This document shows positions 8,622-15,698 of a stretch of 64,000 bases of DNA, in pieces. The DNA comes from a virus, in the IMG/VR virus record IMGVR_UViG_3300027889_000001. The stretch is one strand, 5' to 3'. The position numbers and the translations under genes were made by a program. Position 1 is the first letter of the stretch; the number at the start of each line of letters is the position of its first letter. Below the pieces are notes generated by a model. The model saw nothing but the letters and a program-made list of their open reading frames with translations, made no database searches and was not told the DNA's origin.

Positions 8622-8969
8622 TCACCTTAGACCTATTCGGGCAATACATGCTTGTACATCGCTGTCAAGCGGAGGGCCAACATAATCCTGCAAGCGACGG
8701 CGGATCGTATCAGCAATCATGAGCTTGGAGCCTACGTACGTTGCTTGTGTGTACTGTAGGCACAGATTTTCAAAATCGCGTTGTGAGCCCTGCTGATAGG
8801 TCATGCTTTGCCCGTATGTGAGACGCCGCGTTTCTTCGGCATAGGGCATGGCGTGCCGGTTGAAGAACAGAGCCCACCCGCCGCCAAGCGTCGCCAGAAT
8901 CAGAAAGATGATAAACGCGTAAAAGAGCCACGCTGTACCTGTGGCCCCAGCTTCAATATCTTCGCGCAT
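8622..8969 (-). CDS. membrane protein (single N-terminal TM helix)
   Basis: 115 aa with the hydrophobic stretch AWLFYAFIIFLILATLGGGWALFF. A strong RBS (GGAGGG) lies upstream. Confidence 0.65.
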   Translation of the reverse strand: MREDIEAGATGTAWLFYAFIIFLILATLGGGWALFFNRHAMPYAEETRRLTYGQSMTYQQGSQRDFENLCLQYTQATYVGSKLMIADTIRRRLQDYVGPPLDSDVQACIARIGLR

Positions 8970-8979
8970 TGTTGCCCTC

Positions 8980-9504
8980 CTACGGGCAATCTTTGGCCAC
9001 GACGGGGCCAGTGAGTTTGAACGGGGATACAGTCACACGCGGCTCGACGTAAACCGGCACAACTTTCTGAGTTGTCGGATCGAGCATCTGGACCCATGTT
9101 CCTTCCGCATCGGCCGGCATGTAGAGACCATTCGGCTCGGCTTGCGTCATGAGCATGTCGCCACTATATTGGCCGAGGCCTGCGCGCACTTTCATTTGCG
9201 GATTGGAGAACTGGACGGCGTAGGGTATACCGTACCCTATGGACTGCCCCATGCAAATCAGGCGCCCATCGATCCCCTGCATGTAGGTCCATGTCGGAAC
9301 GTTCTTGTCACGAAGTTCGTAAAGGTCTTTGACTTGACGTTTCTCGGCCCAGTTTACGATGGCTGGAAATCCTACTTCGCGATCCGCTTCGGCGGTTGTC
9401 TGCGTCTGGACCTGCTGCATGTGTTGATCGGCGGTTGGTGTTGATGGTTCATCACAAGATGCAAGTGTGATGGCCAACGAACCGATAAGTAGTATAAAGC
9501 GCAT
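8980..9504 (-). CDS. lipoprotein (early-expressed)
   Basis: N-terminus MRFILLIGSLAITLASC carries a lipobox (LASC). A strong RBS (AAGGAGG) lies upstream. Confidence 0.7.
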   Translation of the reverse strand: MRFILLIGSLAITLASCDEPSTPTADQHMQQVQTQTTAEADREVGFPAIVNWAEKRQVKDLYELRDKNVPTWTYMQGIDGRLICMGQSIGYGIPYAVQFSNPQMKVRAGLGQYSGDMLMTQAEPNGLYMPADAEGTWVQMLDPTTQKVVPVYVEPRVTVSPFKLTGPVVAKDCP

Positions 9505-9524
9505 GTTTGTTCCTCCTTTGATTG

Positions 9525-10118
9525 TTACTTCTTCACCTTGGATGCTACGAACTTGGCGTAGGTGGCTTTGAAGACACCGAACAGCTTAGTGGGAACGGTT
9601 TCTTCGGGGTCGCGGCCTTCGGCGGCGGCCTGTTTTATTTGCTCGCGCACAAAGGCGCTGAAGGTTTGAGGCTCGATCCACGCCTTTTGGCTAAGGTCCA
9701 GGGGGCGCTTGCGTCTAGCGCAATCGGCAAGGAATTTCTTGGCCCATGCAATATCTTCGCGTCCAAACAATATCTGGATGCGCCGTTTGATCAGATCGCC
9801 GTGCCCTTGCTTTTCCAATAGCTCAAAAGCTTCGTCGGTCTGATCCTTGGGAATGCTGGCGTTGATAATGGTGGCAAGATCGAAACGGGCACCGCCGGGC
9901 AACGGCCATGTTTCAAGCCGCGCAGCTATCATCGCGTTGGGCAGGTCGTGCTCGACAGTCTGTTTGTATCCGGCTTGCTTGTTAGCGAGTAGTAGCTCAA
10001 GCTTGGCTATATCATTGCTGTATATTACAGCCGCTTCCGCGTAGGCGCGAACTTTGGCAATATCTTCGATTGACGTTGCAGTTTCTTCGACATCAGCAAC
10101 AGGTAGATTCTCGTTCAT
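9525..10118 (-). CDS. hypothetical protein
   Basis: 197-aa ORF. It is preceded by the conserved 18-nt leader CCTAGAACCGGAGAACCA placed 2 nt from the ATG. Confidence 0.65.
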   Translation of the reverse strand: MNENLPVADVEETATSIEDIAKVRAYAEAAVIYSNDIAKLELLLANKQAGYKQTVEHDLPNAMIAARLETWPLPGGARFDLATIINASIPKDQTDEAFELLEKQGHGDLIKRRIQILFGREDIAWAKKFLADCARRKRPLDLSQKAWIEPQTFSAFVREQIKQAAAEGRDPEETVPTKLFGVFKATYAKFVASKVKK

Positions 10119-10476
10119 GTTGGTTCTCCGGTTCTAGGGTCCACAATACCGCGTGGACGGGGCGGTAGCAACGGTATTTATTATCCCACAGCAGCATAGT
10201 CAAAGTACCACCTGCCTTCTGCGCCGCTACCGTAGCGGCCCATGCGATGTACAGGGGGTGGCCTATGGGGAGAAGATAGTCGGTAGGCTTGAAGCGGGCC
10301 AAGCCGTCCCAAAGCATATCGATAATTCGTTTAGAATCGCCGGGTACGTCGCCAGGCGGAAGCAGGTATACCAAGGAGCCGAATCCTTCCGCCGGGATCA
10401 AGTCGTAAATGCGTTTCATTTGTCCGGTTTCGGGGTCACGCTTCACCGGCTCGTTTACTACATAGACGATGGGCAT
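10093..10476 (-). CDS. hypothetical protein (127 aa)
   Basis: Start moved to ATG 10476 (MPIVYVVNEP...). The upstream 112 aa of the track ORF are R/P/S-rich and overlap two better ORFs. Confidence 0.55.
   Translation of the reverse strand: MPIVYVVNEPVKRDPETGQMKRIYDLIPAEGFGSLVYLLPPGDVPGDSKRIIDMLWDGLARFKPTDYLLPIGHPLYIAWAATVAAQKAGGTLTMLLWDNKYRCYRPVHAVLWTLEPENQHERESTCC
10121..10171 (-). promoter_or_regulatory. candidate internal promoter plus conserved leader (TTGCTA-17-TATTGT, then CCTAGAACCGGAGAACCA)
   Basis: Read on the minus strand: -35 at 10171-10166, -10 at 10148-10143, 18-mer at 10138-10121. The geometry matches 13792-13842. Confidence 0.4.
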
Positions 10477-10490
10477 GGGTGCGGTGGTCC

Positions 10491-10679
10491 TTATGTTTGC
10501 TCTTGCGCCTTGGTAATGGCTGCACGCAACTGGTCTTCGGCGGCAATGGCGTCGTCCTGCGCTTGCCGCGCGGCGCTGCCTGGAGCGCCTATAGGGCGCA
10601 GGCGAAAGGCCGGGTTGGTGCGCAGCAGGGTTTCGGCTGCTGTTATTAGGTCGGTCAGGGGGTTGATTTGTGTTGACAT
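10491..10679 (-). CDS. hypothetical protein
   Basis: 62 aa with a TAATG overlap to the upstream stop. Confidence 0.55.
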   Translation of the reverse strand: MSTQINPLTDLITAAETLLRTNPAFRLRPIGAPGSAARQAQDDAIAAEDQLRAAITKAQEQT

Positions 10680-11248
10680 TACTTATCACCTTGCTTGGGA
10701 GCGGCGGAGAGTGGTGGTGCGGGAGACGGCATCCAGTGCGATGCAATTTCCTCAATTTCATCCCCGTATTCATCAATCCAGCACGGATTGAGAACCGTGT
10801 CCCATGTCGCAATCACTGGGCTGGCGCGTTTGTCTGCATTGAGGTGCCCCGGCGTGACCCAAATTATCACCCACGTCCCATCCTTCGGCGCCGTCGCAAT
10901 GTCCTGCCAGCCGTCTGCGCCGGCCTGCCGCGAGGCGAGCGTAAGGGCATGTTCAACCCGTGAATAGATGTCTTGATATTGTTCGTCTGTTGCGCAACCG
11001 CGTATCGGACGGATGATTTGCCTGATTGCATCATCCGTTATCACAGTTTTCCATGGCCGCGAGGCGAGGGCCGCCGCGGCTTCGCGGAAGAGTTCCGTCT
11101 CACATTTGTGCGCGGTGCCGGTCTTCTCGTTGATATGGACCTCGCGACCTTCTTTCGTCAGTTTGAATGGGAGCCCGTGCAAGCAGTACCGGCATTCCTT
11201 CGCAGCCGCTTCCAGCCGCGCGATCAGATCGTCAGCTATTGTCGTCAT
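10679..11248 (-). CDS. hypothetical protein with C-terminal DUF551-like domain
   Basis: Start set at ATG 11248 (MTTIADDL...), an ATGA overlap with the 56-aa ORF. C-terminal DGWQDIATAPKDGTWVIIW...SHWMPSPAPP resembles DUF551. Confidence 0.6.
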   Translation of the reverse strand: MTTIADDLIARLEAAAKECRYCLHGLPFKLTKEGREVHINEKTGTAHKCETELFREAAAALASRPWKTVITDDAIRQIIRPIRGCATDEQYQDIYSRVEHALTLASRQAGADGWQDIATAPKDGTWVIIWVTPGHLNADKRASPVIATWDTVLNPCWIDEYGDEIEEIASHWMPSPAPPLSAAPKQGDK

Positions 11249-11415
11249 GTTATTTGGCCCAGCCTTATCCACTCGTTTTGGATATTGTATTCAGGCCACT
11301 CGACAAACACCGTGCCGTCTTGCTCGTCCACCGCAAGAATGCGCGCCATGCGAGTAAATCCGATCCCGAGCCAAGCACGGCGAAGCGAGCCAATTTTTGC
11401 CAGATCGTCAGCCAT
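11245..11415 (-). CDS. small hypothetical protein (56 aa, below track cut-off)
   Basis: My translation gives MADDLAKIGSLRRAWLGIGFTRMARILAVDEQDGTVFVEWPEYNIQNEWIRLGQIT. It has an 8-nt overlap with the upstream stop and an ATGA overlap with the downstream start. The competing track ORF 11265-11474 is R/C/W-rich. Confidence 0.55.
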   Translation of the reverse strand: MADDLAKIGSLRRAWLGIGFTRMARILAVDEQDGTVFVEWPEYNIQNEWIRLGQIT

Positions 11416-11818
11416 TGTCGGGCTCCTTTGCGAGGGCAGCGCGGATGGCAGAGATTGCTACACTGCACGTGCAAATTGCATCTGCTGCGGCGCCCTGTGC
11501 GGCCACAAGCTCTTCCTTGGAATAAGCCGATTTGTTATCCGCCATACGTTCGAATCGCAGACTTGCAGTGCCTTCGTCGTCCATTGCCATAAGCAATTCC
11601 TTCACGACAATACAAATCTCCTTCATCCGCTCCCGCGCCGCAGCGAGTTCGGCTTCTTTTGCCGGGAGGAGGTCTAGAAGCGTGGCGCGGTCTAATTGTC
11701 CTTGAAGACCATGTGTATGGAAGCGCGGCTCGTTATCGCGGTCGGCGTTGAAACGGACGAAAGCAGTGTGCCGCCTGTGAATTTCCGCGATTACATCGGG
11801 GTTGGTCATGAAATACAT
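11408..11818 (-). CDS. hypothetical protein
   Basis: 136-aa ORF in the packed operon. Confidence 0.6.
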   Translation of the reverse strand: MYFMTNPDVIAEIHRRHTAFVRFNADRDNEPRFHTHGLQGQLDRATLLDLLPAKEAELAAARERMKEICIVVKELLMAMDDEGTASLRFERMADNKSAYSKEELVAAQGAAADAICTCSVAISAIRAALAKEPDNG

Positions 11819-12000
11819 CCCTTAATCTGTAGTTCAGTGCAGGGCGGCTCAACATTCCACCGATGCATTTCTTGCCCCACTTCGGGGATCGCAAATATCA
11901 GGAAAAACACAAGTGCCAACCCACGCCCTGATCCTATGAAAATCGCAAGCATAAGAACCGACAACCCTGTCGAGGCAACGCAGATATCGAACGGACTCAT
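11806..12000 (-). CDS. small membrane protein
   Basis: 64 aa with two hydrophobic helices and overlaps at both ends. Confidence 0.5.
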   Translation of the reverse strand: MSPFDICVASTGLSVLMLAIFIGSGRGLALVFFLIFAIPEVGQEMHRWNVEPPCTELQIKGCIS

Positions 12001-12263
12001 GATCCTGCCTGCTCGGGTTTGCGGAGCTTCATGATACTGTCGTGTAGCGATTCCATCGGATCGGATGAAATCGCCCCCAGCTCGCCGTCTGGGGGCGACG
12101 TAGTATTGGCCGAATTCCTCTCGGCACTGGTATCCCTGTCTCCGGGTCTCTCGGTATCGGCCTCACCTCCATTCTCTGTTGTGGTTTCGGAATCAGTCGC
12201 GGCGGCAGGATTCGAACTGCCGCCGCTGGCCCCGTCAGGCGCGGAGGTGGATGGTGTGTTCAT
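11997..12263 (-). CDS. acidic, low-complexity (S/T/D/E-rich) protein
   Basis: 88 aa with ATGA overlaps at both ends. Confidence 0.55.
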   Translation of the reverse strand: MNTPSTSAPDGASGGSSNPAAATDSETTTENGGEADTERPGDRDTSAERNSANTTSPPDGELGAISSDPMESLHDSIMKLRKPEQAGS

Positions 12264-13789
12264 TTGGTTAGCCTCCTGCGCTCTATGATCAGGTCAACGA
12301 CGGACTTCTTGGCGCGGTGGGCTTCGGCAATATCGTCGTCTACCGTACCTTCCGCGATCAGGTCTACAATTGCGGTGCCGCGTTGAGCCAGGGGGTCTTC
12401 GGCGCGGTCGTTGCCTTGGAGGTATACGAGCAATGAGAAAAAATGAGAAAAGTTGAAGATTGTCTTGGCGGATTTGAGTGTTAGTCCGCGCCCTCCGCTG
12501 TTGGGGTTGCCTACCAACGCGCCGGCAGCGCCGTATTTGAAGGCTTCTCTGGCTTGGGTTTTTTCATCCTGACTTGTCTTGCCATCGTAGCGAACCGGGC
12601 TGCGCCCCATTTCGGTGCATAAGTTGAGTACGTCATCAACATCCGTGGTGAACCGGCACCAAACAATGAACGGGTCGCTGGTTCGGGTTATCTGATCCTT
12701 GAGGGCTTCCAAGCGAGGGTTGGCCAGGGGGTCGATTATTTTGGCGGGAGTTGATGTTTCAATAGCACCTACGCGGTCGCAGGCTTCGCAGCCGGCGCCT
12801 TCGCAAGCAGTGCAGAGGGCGAATGCTTTTTCGGATGGCCACCTGTTGCTACCTACCTGTTGAAGCCGCATCAACCTTGTCAGGACGTGGTGCGCGGTAA
12901 CGGTCGTCATATCGCGAAGTTCGGCTTCGTAGTTGTTGGAAAGCTGGTCGTAAACGCGTCGCTGCTCGGACGTCAATTCGAATCTGATGTGACAAATAAT
13001 TTGATCTGGCATGTTCGGGAAAGCTTCCTTCCGGGTGACGCGGAATGAATGCGGGGCTATCTTTGACGCCAGTTCATCGAGATTTTTGTATTTCTCAAGT
13101 ACAGGGTATTCCCGTCCGGTAGCTCCATTATATCCGGTGGACCACTCGGCATAACGCTGTTTGAAAGCGAAAAAAGATGTGTAACCGAGAATTCTTGGAT
13201 CAAGGAAACTGAATTGGGTGTAAAGGTCGAATGGGCCTTCTCCAGAGGGAGTTCCATCCATTATCCGTCTGAATTTGACGTTAGGGTGGCGCCCGAGACG
13301 GAGCATCATTTTTGATCGTTGTGTGCCGGGATGTAACATAATTAGTGTTGTTTCATCGGCCGCAAGAAATATCTTTCGAAGCTTCAGGAACAGTGCGATA
13401 TAGGCGCGAAATGTTTCGGTGATTATGGCTTCTCCATTAACCGATAATACGGCTAACCCCTTGAAATATAAAAGGTTTTTAAGGTCTTCCTGAAAGGTTT
13501 TAGTGCGGGCTTTTTGCGAGTTCCAGGTCACTGATTTGTAAGGAATCCGGTCGGGCAGGTGGGTTGGTATTTCGTCTTTGGTCCAATTTATGTGTACACC
13601 GGATGGAAGGGCTACCACGATTAGAGCGTCGATTATTCCTTGCTCATATTGGTAAGCGACTGTGTCAATAATTACCTTCGTTTTTCCACACCTCTGCTCC
13701 ATCAGGCAGGCAAAATTAGCCTTGTCAAACGAAATGTCGAAAGCTGCCTGCTGGTGTGCCCAGGGGGTTGTCTTGGGGGTGTAGTCCAC
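12260..13789 (-). CDS. SNF2-family (DEAD/DEAH-like) helicase
   Basis: 509 aa with Walker A-like QRCGKTKV, DExx box LAADETT, and helicase-C motifs GNPNSGGRGLTL and QGNDRAED. GTG start at 13789 sits behind the conserved 18-nt leader. Confidence 0.75.
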   Translation of the reverse strand: MDYTPKTTPWAHQQAAFDISFDKANFACLMEQRCGKTKVIIDTVAYQYEQGIIDALIVVALPSGVHINWTKDEIPTHLPDRIPYKSVTWNSQKARTKTFQEDLKNLLYFKGLAVLSVNGEAIITETFRAYIALFLKLRKIFLAADETTLIMLHPGTQRSKMMLRLGRHPNVKFRRIMDGTPSGEGPFDLYTQFSFLDPRILGYTSFFAFKQRYAEWSTGYNGATGREYPVLEKYKNLDELASKIAPHSFRVTRKEAFPNMPDQIICHIRFELTSEQRRVYDQLSNNYEAELRDMTTVTAHHVLTRLMRLQQVGSNRWPSEKAFALCTACEGAGCEACDRVGAIETSTPAKIIDPLANPRLEALKDQITRTSDPFIVWCRFTTDVDDVLNLCTEMGRSPVRYDGKTSQDEKTQAREAFKYGAAGALVGNPNSGGRGLTLKSAKTIFNFSHFFSLLVYLQGNDRAEDPLAQRGTAIVDLIAEGTVDDDIAEAHRAKKSVVDLIIERRRLTK

Positions 13790-13791
13790 GC

Positions 13792-13842
13792 TGGTTCTCC
13801 GGTTCTAGGCGCATGGTAGGCATAGGGGCGGGCGGTTGTAAA
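13792..13842 (-). promoter_or_regulatory. candidate promoter plus conserved leader (TTTACA-18-TACCAT, then CCTAGAACCGGAGAACCA)
   Basis: Read on the minus strand: -35 at 13842-13837, -10 at 13818-13813, 18-mer at 13809-13792, then 2 nt before the GTG start. It lies in a 175-nt intergenic gap. Confidence 0.45.
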
Positions 13843-13964
13843 GGGTTATTTTGTATTAGTAGTTAGGGCTGGTTTAGCTGTTCCAATGGCCGTCTATATC
13901 GGATTCGCGGATTGAGCCACGACGTCTGGTGCGCCTGAGTCGCTGTAACCAACCGAGCACATGT

Positions 13965-14231
13965 TTAAGCAGCGACATAGACGTTCTTTCGCTTACCGAG
14001 TACCGCTTTCGTGCGCTTGATCGAAGTGGTTCGCTGTGCCTTGCGGAGTCGTTTGTGCATGAGGGAAACCAGTTCGGCGCGCGTCTTGGGGCCGACCACG
14101 TTGGGATTGCCGTCAAGGAGGATTGTTTCCGCATAGTAGGCACCCGTATGCCCCGAATCGGCACGGATTGCCGATTCAAGCTCCTGATCGGTAAGCGTTA
14201 TAACGCGGTAATAGTACAGGGCTACGCTCAT
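13965..14231 (-). CDS. hypothetical early protein
   Basis: Start moved to ATG 14231 (MSVALYYY...), an ATGA overlap with the upstream stop at 14228. Confidence 0.55.
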   Translation of the reverse strand: MSVALYYYRVITLTDQELESAIRADSGHTGAYYAETILLDGNPNVVGPKTRAELVSLMHKRLRKAQRTTSIKRTKAVLGKRKNVYVAA

Positions 14232-14725
14232 TTCGGTGGTTCCCAATTAGGGGGGCCATAAAGAACTTTTCCGCCTCGGGTCCAGAATTTGCGAATTTTG
14301 GTTGTGCCGGCGCGGCGGGCTGCTTGCCGGAAACGGTTTCTGGCTGCTGCTTGGGTGAACTCGTTCCATAGATCGCCTTTGAACAATTCTTCGGCATAGT
14401 ACAGGTCATCGTGGCCAGGGTCCAGGGATACGGTGGCAATTACATGCTCCAAAGGAATGTTCGTCGGCGTAAAACGGCGGCGCTGCGGAACCGTGGAAAT
14501 ATCGTCTTCGACAGTGATCATTTGCTCATGGACTTGAAAACCAAGTCGGATAAGCAGGGGGTATGCTTCTTGCATCATATCACGAAAAAGATCGTCTTCG
14601 GTATTGATGCGGATGCGACCTTCAATCCAAACCAGGCGGGGCGGGTATAGTTCGGCGGGTGGCGGGCTATCCGTGCCGTGCATGATTCCCCAAGGGGGAT
14701 CGGGGTAGTGGCGTTCGCGAGCCAT
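14228..14725 (-). CDS. hypothetical protein, first gene of the leftward early arm
   Basis: Start set at ATG 14725 (MARERHYPDPP...) with AGGA 6 nt upstream. The track start (GTG 14761) lies inside hairpin 1. Confidence 0.55.
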   Translation of the reverse strand: MARERHYPDPPWGIMHGTDSPPPAELYPPRLVWIEGRIRINTEDDLFRDMMQEAYPLLIRLGFQVHEQMITVEDDISTVPQRRRFTPTNIPLEHVIATVSLDPGHDDLYYAEELFKGDLWNEFTQAAARNRFRQAARRAGTTKIRKFWTRGGKVLYGPPNWEPPK

Positions 14726-14759
14726 AGTGTGTCCTGTTTGTTGGTCCCTGTATAACGTC

Positions 14760-14824
14760 ACACGACCACGTTTTCTTTACGCTTATTAAAAACCTAAAGC
14801 AAGTAAAAGAAAACGTGGTCGTGT
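14760..14824. repeat. hairpin/cruciform 1: perfect 19-bp stem, 27-nt A/T-rich loop
   Basis: ACACGACCACGTTTTCTTT (14760-14778) pairs with AAAGAAAACGTGGTCGTGT (14806-14824). Confidence 0.9.
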
Positions 14825-14888
14825 ACGCGCGCGTCATGTTGCTAGGTTGTACCACCATGAACCATACAACCACAAAACCATACACGCT

Positions 14889-14963
14889 ACGTCACACGAC
14901 CACGTTTTCTTTGCTTGCCTTAAACAGCTAAAAATAAGAAAAGAAAACGTGGTCGTGTGACGT
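14889..14963. repeat. hairpin/cruciform 2: perfect 24-bp stem, 27-nt A/T-rich loop
   Basis: ACGTCACACGACCACGTTTTCTTT (14889-14912) pairs with its exact reverse complement (14940-14963). The left arm is identical to 14755-14778. Confidence 0.9.
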
Positions 14964-14998
14964 CACCCAAAAGACGGTTTCGGTTGTAACCCCCTGTA

Positions 14999-15027
14999 AT
15001 TACAACTTAGCAATTTAGGGCTTGCAA
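14999..15027 (-). promoter_or_regulatory. candidate sigma70-type leftward early promoter (TTGCAA-17-TGTAAT)
   Basis: -35 TTGCAA at 15027-15022 (a palindromic hexamer), 17-nt spacer, -10 TGTAAT at 15004-14999 on the minus strand. The predicted start near 14992 puts both hairpins in the leader. Confidence 0.4.
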
Positions 15028-15113
15028 AGCCGTTTGCGGTTTGCTAGGGCTATGCGATAGAGCCGCAGAACCCGTTTCGATCTTGGATTGTTTTTGGAAA
15101 CAGAGGCGGCAAA

Positions 15114-15641
15114 TTGCAGGGTGCATGGTACGCGATGTCGATCAAACCCATGATGGCCGAGGTAGCGCAGCGCGGATTGGCGCGGCAGGGGTTTGCGAGT
15201 TTGTTTCCGAAAATCAAAACACGAATCGTTCGTCGCGGCGAGGTAATCGACGAGGAAGTCGATTTGCTGCCGGGCTATGGGCTGGTTTGTTTTGATGCGG
15301 GCGATCCGGATTGCCGGTGGGAAGATATCACACATACGCGCGGCGTTCGGCGGCTGCTGCCGGTAAGCGACCGGCCAATGAAAATCCCTTCAGGTTTTGT
15401 CGAGCAAATGGTAGATCGAATTTCGACGGTCGAAACCGTCAATCTGGATGCGCAGCACAACTACGTAGTTGGGCAGTTGGTGGATATCCTTTCGGGGCCA
15501 TTCACGAATTTCCAGGGTGTGTTCATGCGGCGCCGTAACAAAGGTTGGGCCGAATTGGAGGTTTCCTTGTTTGGAAACATCACTCGCGCTACAGTGGCTT
15601 TCCACCAGATACGGCCGGCAGTGGATCAGACGGTTCATTGA
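15114..15641 (+). CDS. NusG-family (NGN + KOW) transcription elongation/antitermination factor paralogue
   Basis: NGN-like WYAMSIKPMMAEVAQRGLARQGFASLFPKI...LLPGYGLVCFD and KOW-like GQLVDILSGPFTNFQGVF. TTG start with GAGG 7 nt upstream. First gene of the late operon. Confidence 0.75.
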   Translation: MQGAWYAMSIKPMMAEVAQRGLARQGFASLFPKIKTRIVRRGEVIDEEVDLLPGYGLVCFDAGDPDCRWEDITHTRGVRRLLPVSDRPMKIPSGFVEQMVDRISTVETVNLDAQHNYVVGQLVDILSGPFTNFQGVFMRRRNKGWAELEVSLFGNITRATVAFHQIRPAVDQTVH

Positions 15642-15698
15642 CCAAGTGTCGTATCGGTGGGCATACCGTGCGGGGCGACTTGTGCGGAGGCGGTAGCT

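Noticed and set aside
10093-10812. Full-length 239-aa version of the track ORF.
   Set aside because: The first 112 residues are R/P/S/H-rich and overlap two well-coupled ORFs (10491-10679, 10679-11248). The internal ATG at 10476 gives a normal protein.
14667-14885. 72-aa minus-strand ORF across the control region.
   Set aside because: It runs through hairpin 1 and the spacer, has odd composition (F/V/W/T/C) and no RBS.
14755-14963. The hairpin repeats as a CRISPR array or a protelomerase (tel) site.
   Set aside because: There are only two units, and each is an inverted repeat rather than direct repeats with spacers. No cas genes are present. Tel sites are continuous palindromes, whereas these have 27-nt non-palindromic loops, and no protelomerase gene is present.
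15689-15696. GGCGGTAG, identical to the 8-nt core of the enterobacterial RfaH ops element. It lies on the non-template strand just before terS and just after the NusG paralogue gene.
   Set aside because: The full 12-mer does not match (GGCGGTAGCTAT versus GGCGGTAGnnTG). A second copy at 10161-10168 lies on the wrong strand. An 8-mer is expected by chance about twice in this much sequence, and ops is specific to RfaH. Only its location is noteworthy.
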